From: an uncultured delta proteobacterium | Lineage (GTDB): Bacteria; Myxococcota_A; Polyangia; Fen-1088 | Reading direction: 5' to 3' | Assembly (NCBI GenBank): GCA_963737265.1 | Contig: CAVTRY010000021.1 | Location: forward strand, 160,001-224,000 | Length of the DNA stretch: 64,000 bases | In this document: positions 40,394 through 48,998 of the stretch, in pieces | Position numbering within the stretch: position 1 is the first letter of the stretch | Layout of the letters: every line of letters starts with the position of its first letter | The notes under the pieces: model-generated | Seen by the model: only the letters and a program-made list of their open reading frames with translations | Databases searched by the model: none | Told to the model about the DNA's origin: nothing | Translations under genes and position numbers: made by a program

Positions 40394-42079
40394 TCAAGCT
40401 GCGGGCGGCCGTCGGTTCAACTGAAGCAGCTCTCTCGCCAGCGCCCCGCACGCGGCGGTCAGCGAAGCTTTGACGATGTCGCGGTCGCGAGCGGCGCCGA
40501 AGTGGACGCGGCCGTCGCGGCCGCGCAGGCCGACGTAGGCGATGGCTTCGGCGTCGGCGCCGTCGCCCAGGGCGTGCTCGCTGTAGTCGACCAGGTGAAC
40601 GTCGACGCCCAAAGCACTTGCCAAACCATGCACGAAGCCGTCGATGGGGCCGGTGCCCTGGCCTTCGACGTTGATGGGGCGCTCGCCGTCGGTCAGGCGG
40701 GCGCGCACCACGCATGCGCCCTGGCGCGGGTGATCGACGGCAAAATCCACCACTGCGAAGCGACCAGGCGACAAATACTCGCGTTCAAAGGCTTCCAAGA
40801 TGGATTTCGCGCTCAATTCCTTGCCGGTTGTGTCCGCCATCCGCTGAACCGGTTGACTGAATTCGGCCGCCATGGCCTTGGGTAGGCGATAGCCGTGGCT
40901 CTGCTCCAACACGAAAGCAACGCCACCTTTGCCGGATTGGCTGTTGATGCGAATCAAGGGCTCGTATTGTCGGCCCACATCCGCCGGATTGATTGGCAAG
41001 TATGGCACTTCCCATTGGGTCGCGCCGGTCGTCTCCAATGCGGCCAAACCTTTGCGGATGGCGTCCTGGTGCGAGCCGGAAAAAGCGGTGAACACCAATT
41101 CACCCGCGTACGGGTGGCGCGGCGGCACCGGCATCTGATTGCAGGTCTGGAAGACGTCGACCAGCGCGGGCAAGTCCGACAAATCCAAGTGCGGATCGAT
41201 GCCCTGGCTGTAAAGGTTCATGGCCAGCGCCACAACATCGGCATTGCCTGTTCGCTCGCCATTCCCGAACAATGTGCCTTCCACGCGCTCGGCACCCGCC
41301 AACATAGCCAGCTCGGCAGCGGCGATAGCGCAGCCGCGGTCGTTGTGGGTGTGCACACTGACGATCATCGAATCACGGCGCGACAGGTTTCTGCGCATCC
41401 ACTCGATTTGGTCGGCGTACACATTGGGCGACGACATCTCGACCGTCGCGGGCAGGTTCACAATCATCTTGTTGGCCGGCGTGGCCTGCCATTCCTCGGC
41501 CACGGCATCGCATACCCCGGCGGCGAATTCCAGCTCGGTGCCGGTGAAGCTCTCGGGCGAATACTCCAGCACGATTTCGCTGCCCGCCAGCCCGGCCGCT
41601 TCTTGTCGCGCCTGGCGCACGCCGCGCACGGCGATTTCTTTCACGCCGGCCCGGTCCAGACCGAACACCACCCGTCGCTGCAAGGTCGACGTGGAATTGT
41701 AGACATGCACGATGGCCCGGCGGACGCCACGCAACGCCTCAAAAGTGCGGGCGATCAGATGTTCGCGCGCCTGGGTCAGCACCTGGATGGTGACGTGGGA
41801 AGGAATGCGGCCTTCATCAATCAGCGCCCGCACGAAATCGAACTCGGTCTGCGATGCGGCGGGAAAGCCGACCTCGATTTCCTCAAAACCCACGCGCACC
41901 AGGGCCTCGAAGAAGCGCAGCTTGCGCTCCATGCCCATGGGTTCGGCCAGGGCTTGATTTCCGTCGCGCAGATCGACGCTGCACCAGATGGGTGCGCGGT
42001 CCAGGGTGCGGTCGGGCCAACTGCGGTCTGGCAGGCGAACGGATGGGGCAGCTGGGTATTTGCGGGCATCGAAGGTCAT
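40394..42079 (-). CDS. leuA: 2-isopropylmalate synthase (yeast/actinobacterial type)
   Basis: WCSVDLRDGNQAL, EIEVGFP, YSPESF, NLPATVE, HTHNDRG, GNGERTGN, AFSGSHQDAI, IRINSQSGKGG. Confidence 0.96.
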   Translation of the reverse strand: MTFDARKYPAAPSVRLPDRSWPDRTLDRAPIWCSVDLRDGNQALAEPMGMERKLRFFEALVRVGFEEIEVGFPAASQTEFDFVRALIDEGRIPSHVTIQVLTQAREHLIARTFEALRGVRRAIVHVYNSTSTLQRRVVFGLDRAGVKEIAVRGVRQARQEAAGLAGSEIVLEYSPESFTGTELEFAAGVCDAVAEEWQATPANKMIVNLPATVEMSSPNVYADQIEWMRRNLSRRDSMIVSVHTHNDRGCAIAAAELAMLAGAERVEGTLFGNGERTGNADVVALAMNLYSQGIDPHLDLSDLPALVDVFQTCNQMPVPPRHPYAGELVFTAFSGSHQDAIRKGLAALETTGATQWEVPYLPINPADVGRQYEPLIRINSQSGKGGVAFVLEQSHGYRLPKAMAAEFSQPVQRMADTTGKELSAKSILEAFEREYLSPGRFAVVDFAVDHPRQGACVVRARLTDGERPINVEGQGTGPIDGFVHGLASALGVDVHLVDYSEHALGDGADAEAIAYVGLRGRDGRVHFGAARDRDIVKASLTAACGALARELLQLNRRPPAA

Positions 42080-42136
42080 GGTCAGTCTCCAGGCCCCGCT
42101 TCCGCCGGAGATGGCCACGGTCTTTCGCACCATACG

Positions 42137-42170
42137 AAAAACCCCCTCCGGCTTCCGCGGGAGAGGGTTT
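42137..42170 (-). terminator. Attenuator terminator upstream of leuA
   Basis: Minus strand AACCCTCTCC-loop-GGAGGGGGTT followed by TTT. Confidence 0.8.
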
Positions 42171-42194
42171 CGAGGTTCGTTGCTTGCGCTTACC

Positions 42195-42257
42195 TCAGAG
42201 CTCTCCCGCGCTGCTAAGAAGCAGTCCCGAGAGAAGGAGGTTGGTGGCGAACAACAT
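42195..42257 (-). CDS. leuL: leu leader peptide MLFATNLLLSGLLLSSAGEL
   Basis: 20 codons with 8 Leu (two LLL runs), immediately upstream of the terminator and leuA. Confidence 0.8.
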   Translation of the reverse strand: MLFATNLLLSGLLLSSAGEL

Positions 42258-42334
42258 GGCCAGAGGCAAGTGTGCGACACGCGAGTGCGGACGTCAAGAC
42301 ACGCTGGTGCCAGCCGTGCTACCTTTCGCGGCCC

Positions 42335-42667
42335 ATGCCTCGCGATCCCAAGATAACCCCCATCACCCGCCACGAGCCCCGCACCTTCTACGCCACGCGA
42401 ACCACGCGCACGAAATCGTCGGAAGTCTGGGATCTGTGGGCGGTGGAGGACGGCCGGCGGGTGGGGTTTCTGTCCATCGTCGACGACGGCAATGTGGTTT
42501 ACGGGCTCGCCACGGTAAAACGCGGTACGTCGCACGAGGAGGTGGCCGACCTGGTGGATGGCTTTTTTCCGCCCTCCTCGACGGACGCTAGCATGCGCGA
42601 AATCGTCATTTCGGACTACGACTCCGACCCCGCGGTGGTGGAATCCGACTTCGCGGCAGAGCCCTAG
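42335..42667 (+). CDS. Hypothetical protein (110 aa)
   Basis: Coding-like codon usage; TACCTT -10 box 9 nt upstream. Confidence 0.65.
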   Translation: MPRDPKITPITRHEPRTFYATRTTRTKSSEVWDLWAVEDGRRVGFLSIVDDGNVVYGLATVKRGTSHEEVADLVDGFFPPSSTDASMREIVISDYDSDPAVVESDFAAEP

Positions 42668-42737
42668 CCCGGCCGAACGCTGCCCTGCACCCAACATTTC
42701 CTGCCCGACACGGCCAGACGCGGCTATCCTGCTGGCG

Positions 42738-45700
42738 ATGTCTTCGTCCGGTAACCCCGCCCTCGGCCCTTTTCGGGGCCTGACCTCGTACGATGAGAGC
42801 AGCGTGGTTCTCTTCTTCGGCAGAGCAGAGGAAACCAAGGCTCTCTTCCAACTCATTACCAAGGACGCCGCCCGTGTGACCGCCCTATGTGGCGAGCCGG
42901 GCGTAGGCAAGACGTCGCTTATACGCGCGGGTCTGTTTCCCATGCTGGCCAAGCACGACGTGTCCGGCGTGTACGTCGGCAGCTACGCCAACCTCGACCA
43001 GGAATTGTGGCAGGCCTTGGGCCGCGTGCGTGGCGAGCCACCCACGCCCGGCGACAGCGCCGCCGACTATCTGGTCAGCGTGGCGCGCACCTCGCCCGCG
43101 GGCACGCTGCTCGTCCTCGATCACCTGGAAGATCTGCTGGACGACCATCCCGATGATATCGCGACGGCGGCCCTCGACACGCTCGCCACGCTGCTCAAAG
43201 CCGCCATCGCGGGTGCCGGCAGTCGCCTGCGTATCCTTCTCTGTGTCGACGCGACGCTGTTTCACCGTCTCGAACGCATCCACGAAATCGCCGGCATTTC
43301 GCCCGCGCCCGGCGGCTGGATGGAGCTCGGGCGCCTTTCCCAAGCCCCGGTCGCCGAGATTCTCGAACAGACCGCGCTCAACACCGGAACCTTCTTCGAA
43401 GCCGGGCTCGCCGATTTGATAGCCGCCGATCTGTGCCGGACGGGTCCGTGTCTGCCCTCCGATCTGCAGATCGTCGCCGCGGCGGCGGTCGAGCAGCGCT
43501 TGACCACCTTGCGCCGCTACGAACGCGCCGGCGGCGCCACCACCATCCTGCACGGATTCCTCCATCGCGCCATCGTCGATGCGGGCGAGCAGGCAGCGAC
43601 ACGGCTCCTACTCGCTTGCGCCGGGCGCCAACGGGTGACGATCGGCACGCTGGCGGCCAGCACCAAGCTGCCCGAGCCGGTGGTGGAAAAGGCCGTCACA
43701 GTGCTCGTCGCACGCGGCGTCCTGCGCAGGTCGGCCATCCCAGGCGACGATCGCTTCGCCTTGGCCCATGCGTGCCTGGTGCCCCGCATTCGCGATCACG
43801 CCGCCATCGCCACCGCGCAAATCCAGGAATCACGACGCATCTTGCGGCGGCGCATGCTCACCGAGACCGCGCTGACCTTGCTCGAAATCCGCAACGTGCG
43901 GGCGCACATGGTCGGAGAGCTGACCCCAGACGAATCGTCCACGCTGCGCCGGAGCATCCGCCGAGCTATGCTGCGCACGGGCATCGCGCTGGTGGTGCTT
44001 TTCGCCGTCCTCCTCGGCGTCGTGTTCGAATTGCGCACGTCCTACACGCTGGCGTTCGAGCCGGCCAAGGATTCGCCGAGCAGCCGCGTGGTGGTGCGCC
44101 GGGGGCGCAGCAGTCTGTCGTTCTTGAATTTCCTGCCCGCGCGTCCGCACTTCGGCGCCATTCTCGCCGATACCGGCTTCGCATCGACCGGCGTGGCGAC
44201 GGAGCTTTCCGGCCGCATCGCCTCGGGCCGCGCCTCGGGCACGCTCGACAAGAATCGCACCACACCCATCCCCATTTGGCTGCGCACGGTGCTCGACGGG
44301 CTCGGGCCGGTGCCGCGAGGGATCTCGCTGGTTCTGCTCGGCGATCCCGCCGGCATCGTGTCGCTCAAACAGGCTTTCGCGGATCCCGCTTTGCGCCGCG
44401 AGGCCTTGGAGGCGCTGGCCGTGGTCGGCACCGGCCGCGCGGGCGAGGACGAAATCCTGGCCGCCGCCCTCAACGATCAGTCGCCCGAGGTGCGCCGGCG
44501 CGGCGTCGAGGTGGCCGCTGCCATCGATCGCCGGCAAGGCCGCGGCGCCCACGCATCCATCCTGCGCACGGCCTTGGCAGATCCTTCCTTTGTCGTGCGC
44601 AGCACGGTTCTGCACGAGAGCGCGAGTCTCGACCCAACCACCGCCGCGAGCATCCTCGCCATCGCCATCGCCGACAAGGACACCTCCTTCCGCCGTCTGG
44701 CCGAGAAGGGCATTCTCGACCTGGCCGCCCGTTCGCCGGTGGCGGCCACGGTAGCCGTTCGCCAGGCTCTCAGCAGCAGCGACAGCCAGGCGCGCCGCAC
44801 GGCTTTGGCGCTACTCGATAAGATCGCGGCCGCGACGCCAAGCGAAGCGATGTCGGCGCTTTCTCAAATCGCTGCCGACGAGAGCGCGCCCGAGGAGGCG
44901 CGCGTTTCGGCCCTCTCGTTCTTGCGCAAGAACGGAGATGTTCCCGATTCGCTCCGTCCCGCCCTCGAAAAGGCCGTCGCGGCCGATGCCCCGCCGCGGC
45001 TGCGCACCGCCGCGCTTCCCATTTACGCCCGCCTCATCGATCCCGCCGAGGTCGAGAATCTAGCGGTGGCGGCCACCAAGGGGCCGCCCGCCGGACGCGT
45101 GACCGCAGCGGCGCTGTGGGGCGTGGTGGCCATCAAGCAACCCGATACCGCCACGAGGCCGCTCAAGGTCTTCCTTTACGACCCATCGCCCGAGGTGCGC
45201 GCCGAGGCCGCCCGCGCCTTCGGCTATCTCAAACGCGAAGGGCCCGAGCTGGTACGCAGGGCGCTGCTCGACCCCAACCCCGAGGTGGCCCGAGCCGCCA
45301 TCGAATCGTCGGTGCGCCTGTCGGCTTTCCAGCCGGCGTTGGTGGCCGAGGATCTGGGACACGCCATGGTCAAGGTGCGACCGGCGACGCGCAAGTGGAT
45401 CGTGGAAGCCCTGGGCCAGATAGGACAGAGCAAGCCCGGCCCGGCGTTGCCGCCGCTCGCGAAAGCACTCAAGCAGGGCGACATCCCAACGCGAACCGCG
45501 GCCGCGCATGCCTTCTGCGAGATGGCGAAAAAGGCGCCCGTGGCGGCGTCGCCCTATCTGCGCATCGCCTCGCGCGACAACGACCGCGACGTGCGTACCG
45601 AGGCGGCCGCCTGCCTCGGCAGCTTGACCGAGGGCGACCCCAAGTCCGCGGCGCGCATGGCGGTGCAACTGGCATCGTCCGACGAGCCGGCCGTGCGAGC

Positions 45701-46703
45701 CGCCTCCGCCACGTCGCTCGGTGCCCTGGCGGGCGAGGCGCGCGAGATCGTCATGACTCCGCTCGTGGCGCTGCTCGAAGACCACGAACGCCCGGTTCGC
45801 ATGGCTGCGGCCGAGGCCCTCATCGCCTGCGGCAAGGCCGACGTCGCCGTCGGCAAGCACGGCGCGGATCTGGACAAGAAACTCTCCGCCTTCTTCGTGC
45901 AAGGCGATCTCGAAGAACGGCAGCTCGCCTTGCGCGTGGCCGCGCGCCTCGGCGTCGCTGCGATCCTGCGCCAAGCCGCGCGCGACACCGACGAGAATAT
46001 GCGACTCGAGGCCATGAAAGCCGCCGCCGCCATGGATCCCATGGTTCTCGACATCCTGCAAGCCGGCGCCGAAGATCGCGATGCCTTCGTGCGCGCCGAG
46101 GCCGTGCGTGCGCTGGCCAAGGCCACGGGAAGTGGCGCCGCCAAGGTGCTGCCGGTGTTCGAAGCCATGCTGCGCGCTGGAGATCCCGCCACGCGCAGGG
46201 CTGGGGCGAGTGCGCTCGGCGAGGTCACCGGCGCATCGGAGCTCACCACGGCCATGTTGGCCTCGGTGCTGCGCCAGCGCGGCGAATCGGTGCGCACCGC
46301 CGCGGCCGAGGCTGTCGCGCATATCGCTCAGCGCGATCCCAAGGCCGCCACGCCACTGCTCGAACAAGCGCTGGTGGATCCAGCTCACGACGTGCGCGCG
46401 GCCGCCATCCGCGGTCTCGGCGCGGTCTGGGCCGCCGAAAGCACGCCCGCCGAGGTGGCCGCTATCCTCGAAGGCTCCGAGGCCGACAGCGTCAGGCGCC
46501 TGGTGGCGCTGGAAGCCCTGGTGCTTCAAGCCACACAGGAAAACCAGAAAGGCGCCAAGAACAAGGACGCCCGCATGTGGCTGGAAAAGATCTCCGAGGC
46601 AGGGCCGCCCTTGGCGCGCCTGGCCGCCCAGGTTGGACGCGTCTTCCTCACCAGCCGCCGCGAAGAGATGCACTCCTTCCTGGAAAAGCTGTACGGCGGG
46701 TAG
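42738..46703 (+). CDS. nSTAND1-like NTPase, TM helix and long HEAT-repeat region
   Basis: PFRGL..YDE...FFGR, GEPGVGKTS, LLVLDHLED; TM GIALVVLFAVLLGVVF; many L.D....VR..AA..L repeats. Confidence 0.85.
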   Translation: MSSSGNPALGPFRGLTSYDESSVVLFFGRAEETKALFQLITKDAARVTALCGEPGVGKTSLIRAGLFPMLAKHDVSGVYVGSYANLDQELWQALGRVRGEPPTPGDSAADYLVSVARTSPAGTLLVLDHLEDLLDDHPDDIATAALDTLATLLKAAIAGAGSRLRILLCVDATLFHRLERIHEIAGISPAPGGWMELGRLSQAPVAEILEQTALNTGTFFEAGLADLIAADLCRTGPCLPSDLQIVAAAAVEQRLTTLRRYERAGGATTILHGFLHRAIVDAGEQAATRLLLACAGRQRVTIGTLAASTKLPEPVVEKAVTVLVARGVLRRSAIPGDDRFALAHACLVPRIRDHAAIATAQIQESRRILRRRMLTETALTLLEIRNVRAHMVGELTPDESSTLRRSIRRAMLRTGIALVVLFAVLLGVVFELRTSYTLAFEPAKDSPSSRVVVRRGRSSLSFLNFLPARPHFGAILADTGFASTGVATELSGRIASGRASGTLDKNRTTPIPIWLRTVLDGLGPVPRGISLVLLGDPAGIVSLKQAFADPALRREALEALAVVGTGRAGEDEILAAALNDQSPEVRRRGVEVAAAIDRRQGRGAHASILRTALADPSFVVRSTVLHESASLDPTTAASILAIAIADKDTSFRRLAEKGILDLAARSPVAATVAVRQALSSSDSQARRTALALLDKIAAATPSEAMSALSQIAADESAPEEARVSALSFLRKNGDVPDSLRPALEKAVAADAPPRLRTAALPIYARLIDPAEVENLAVAATKGPPAGRVTAAALWGVVAIKQPDTATRPLKVFLYDPSPEVRAEAARAFGYLKREGPELVRRALLDPNPEVARAAIESSVRLSAFQPALVAEDLGHAMVKVRPATRKWIVEALGQIGQSKPGPALPPLAKALKQGDIPTRTAAAHAFCEMAKKAPVAASPYLRIASRDNDRDVRTEAAACLGSLTEGDPKSAARMAVQLASSDEPAVRAASATSLGALAGEAREIVMTPLVALLEDHERPVRMAAAEALIACGKADVAVGKHGADLDKKLSAFFVQGDLEERQLALRVAARLGVAAILRQAARDTDENMRLEAMKAAAAMDPMVLDILQAGAEDRDAFVRAEAVRALAKATGSGAAKVLPVFEAMLRAGDPATRRAGASALGEVTGASELTTAMLASVLRQRGESVRTAAAEAVAHIAQRDPKAATPLLEQALVDPAHDVRAAAIRGLGAVWAAESTPAEVAAILEGSEADSVRRLVALEALVLQATQENQKGAKNKDARMWLEKISEAGPPLARLAAQVGRVFLTSRREEMHSFLEKLYGG

Positions 46704-46757
46704 GCGTTACTTCACGAAGTCCACGGCGCGCGTTTCGCGCACCGACGTCCCGGATCT
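46654..46757. repeat. Left copy of ~105-bp degenerate direct repeat
   Basis: GCCGCCGCGAAGAGATG..CTCCTTCCTGGAAA..TACTTC.CGAAGTCCACGGC.CGCGTTTCGCGCACC..CGGATCT also occurs at 48889-48998. Confidence 0.9.
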
Positions 46758-46894
46758 CCACCCCACGCGCCCACCACCTCTGCCCGCGCTCACGGGCGAC
46801 TGGGTGAACTGATTAACGCGACCTTCGTGGACACGCCGACGCGATCTTGGCCTGGCGAGGCTATGCCGGCGGGTCGATGGCTTGGACGGCAGGG

Positions 46895-47278
46895 CTACAT
46901 CTCCGCGAGGGTCACCATCCCAAGCCGCGCCATCCGAGCGAAGTCACGATCAAGGGACCACAACGTGCAGCCGTGTTCGACGGCAAGCGCGGCGATCAGA
47001 AGATCGCCCACACCGAAGCGCTGGCCGGCAGCGCTTCCCGCGGTCACCCACGTCTCCATACGCCGCCAGAGATCGTCGGTCGGATAGAGAACTGGCAGGG
47101 CGGAAAGCAGACGCCGAAGTCGCGCTGTTTCCGCCTTCCGTGCGCCCGACAGAATCTCGATCTTCACCGGCACCGGCAATGTCACCTGGTCGTGGTCAAG
47201 CAGCGCGGTCAGCTTCGCCACCACCGGCGTCCGACCGCGGAAGAAGTCGATCCAAACCGAGGTGTCGACGGCGATCAC
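46895..47278 (-). CDS. vapC: VapC PIN-domain toxin
   Basis: VDTSVWIDFFR, EILSG, DLLIAA, WSLDRDF. Confidence 0.9.
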   Translation of the reverse strand: MIAVDTSVWIDFFRGRTPVVAKLTALLDHDQVTLPVPVKIEILSGARKAETARLRRLLSALPVLYPTDDLWRRMETWVTAGSAAGQRFGVGDLLIAALAVEHGCTLWSLDRDFARMARLGMVTLAEM

Positions 47279-47541
47279 GGCTTCGCCCGCGGCAGACTGG
47301 GCCTGTGCTTGCTGCGCGCCAGCTTCGCCCGGCGGGCCGGAACCTCATCCGGCCGACGACGTGAACGTCCAAGATCGATTCCCAGATCCACGCGTCCCGC
47401 AAGACCCTTCAGCTCATCGATGCGATGGCGGCGAATCAGCTCGGTGAGAGACACCACCACGGTGTCGGTCTTGGACTTGAAACCCAGGAGGTGCTGCGCC
47501 TCGTCCAGAAGAGGCGCGGGCAGGTCGAGTGTGGTGCGCAT
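47275..47541 (-). CDS. vapB: VapB (ribbon-helix-helix) antitoxin
   Basis: MRTTLDLP..LL.EA...G.KSKTDTV..SL.ELIRR; 4-bp overlap with vapC. Confidence 0.88.
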   Translation of the reverse strand: MRTTLDLPAPLLDEAQHLLGFKSKTDTVVVSLTELIRRHRIDELKGLAGRVDLGIDLGRSRRRPDEVPARRAKLARSKHRPSLPRAKP

Positions 47542-47577
47542 ACGATTGATGATGATTCGTATGCCTGTGGATATCAA
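47538..47577 (-). promoter_or_regulatory. vapBC promoter/operator
   Basis: TTGATA-17 bp-CATCAT-7 nt-ATG. Inverted repeat GCATACGA-N11-TCGTATGC (47538-47564). Confidence 0.6.
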
Positions 47578-47847
47578 TCCGCTTCTTCAGGACATGCTGC
47601 CTCGGCGATCTCGCGGGGCTTGTTTTGTCCTCCATTTACGGCGTGGCCGTGCCTCAACGCGCGCTGTGACGGCTTGTTCGGCTGCCTTCCAGATTGTATT
47701 CTCAGCGCATGACCCAGGCGCTCGAAAACGTCTTCTCTGTGGTGCCGGCATACTGTCGGGCCACGGCAGATTCAAGTAGGCCACGGTCTTTGACCGATCC
47801 CTGGCACTTCTTTGCGGATGGCAGGGTGGCACCGCTGGAAATGCCCA

Positions 47848-47995
47848 CCCGCCATCAAGGGTAAGCCCGTCCACTGGCTCGCCGGGCTTTCCCGCCATCA
47901 AGGGTAAGGCCGTCCACTGGCTTGCCGGGCTTACCTGCCATCGGGGGTAAGCCCGTCCACTGGCTCGCCGAGCTTACCTGCCATCAAGGGTAAGC
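47848..47995. repeat. About 3.4 tandem copies of a 43-bp palindromic unit
   Basis: GCCATC recurs at 47851, 47894, 47937 and 47980. Consensus GCCATCAAGGGTAAGCCCGTCCACTGGCTCGCCGGGCTTACCT. Confidence 0.93.
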
Positions 47996-48062
47996 ATTTC
48001 CGTTCAGTGGACGGCCTCACCGGGCAAGGAATCCGCCCTTTTCGCTGGCTCGCCTGACTCAC

Positions 48063-48752
48063 TCACTTGGTCGCGAGAGCTGGCGCGGGAGCGGGCGGAT
48101 CCGACTTGCCCTTCTGGTAGTTATTGCGCGTTGCCGCGAGGTAGGACAAGACCCGGTTGGGATCGCCAGGGAAGAGCTTCTTCAGATCGCCTTCCAGCCG
48201 GTCAAGCTCGTCGTTCACCTCGCCGACAAGCAGCGCTACCGAAGTGTGGAATGGCCCGAGAGCGGCTACCGCCTGGTCCCGCTGGGTGCATGCCGCCTGC
48301 AAACCGTCGGTTGCCGCCTTCATTTTCGGTGTCCAGGTCTGTGCCAGCGCCTCGCTGGGGTCGCGGCCGAACTCGGCCAGCCAGGACGTGGCCAGCTCGA
48401 TCTCCTTGTCGATGCCGAGCTCTTGCGCCGCCGATGGGGCGACCTTGCTGAAGAATCGGGTATACGGCGGCTGGCCGCGGCGGCCGCCCGAGGCATCCAC
48501 CACCGCGCGCCCGAAGGCCGCGACCGTGGTGTCCCACGCGCCGTCTTGCACGTACAAGCGGGAGCGTGCCCGCACCACCTCGCGGTTCAGATTCCGCTCG
48601 GTCTCGGCCAGCTTGTCCGCCTTGTCCCTCAAATCGACCCACTTCGGCGCCAGCGCGGAGGTCGCGGGATCGCTCTCCAACGCGGCGCAAGTTCCATCCG
48701 TTACATCCACTGCCGTTACAACCGACGCGTTCGCCTTCATCTTCGTTGCCAT
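48063..48752 (-). CDS. Hypothetical alpha-helical protein (229 aa)
   Basis: Strong SD (AGGAAGGAGA), coding-like codon usage, coiled-coil-like segments; no family recognised. Confidence 0.8.
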   Translation of the reverse strand: MATKMKANASVVTAVDVTDGTCAALESDPATSALAPKWVDLRDKADKLAETERNLNREVVRARSRLYVQDGAWDTTVAAFGRAVVDASGGRRGQPPYTRFFSKVAPSAAQELGIDKEIELATSWLAEFGRDPSEALAQTWTPKMKAATDGLQAACTQRDQAVAALGPFHTSVALLVGEVNDELDRLEGDLKKLFPGDPNRVLSYLAATRNNYQKGKSDPPAPAPALATK

Positions 48753-48888
48753 TGTCTATCTCCTTCCTAATAGGGATGAACTACGGCGCAAGAATCCAAG
48801 GGAAGGCTGGTCGTGTCAAGAGGTGCCCGGCAAGGAGCGATATCCTCGGTGCTGACGTCAAGCTCGGCGCGCGGAGGGTGATGCGCTT

Positions 48889-48998
48889 GCCGCCGCGAAG
48901 AGATGTGCTCCTTCCTGGAAAGCTGTCGGCGGATAGGCGGCGAAGCTACTTCGCGAAGTCCACGGCACGCGTTTCGCGCACCACCGACACGCGGATCT
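48889..48998. repeat. Right copy of degenerate direct repeat (contains the intact rny 3' end)
   Basis: Matches 46654-46757 with small indels. Confidence 0.9.

Noticed and set aside
47848-47995. CRISPR array, or coding repeat in ORF 47587..47901
   Set aside because: No unique spacers; the 43-bp period breaks frame; the ORF looks spurious.
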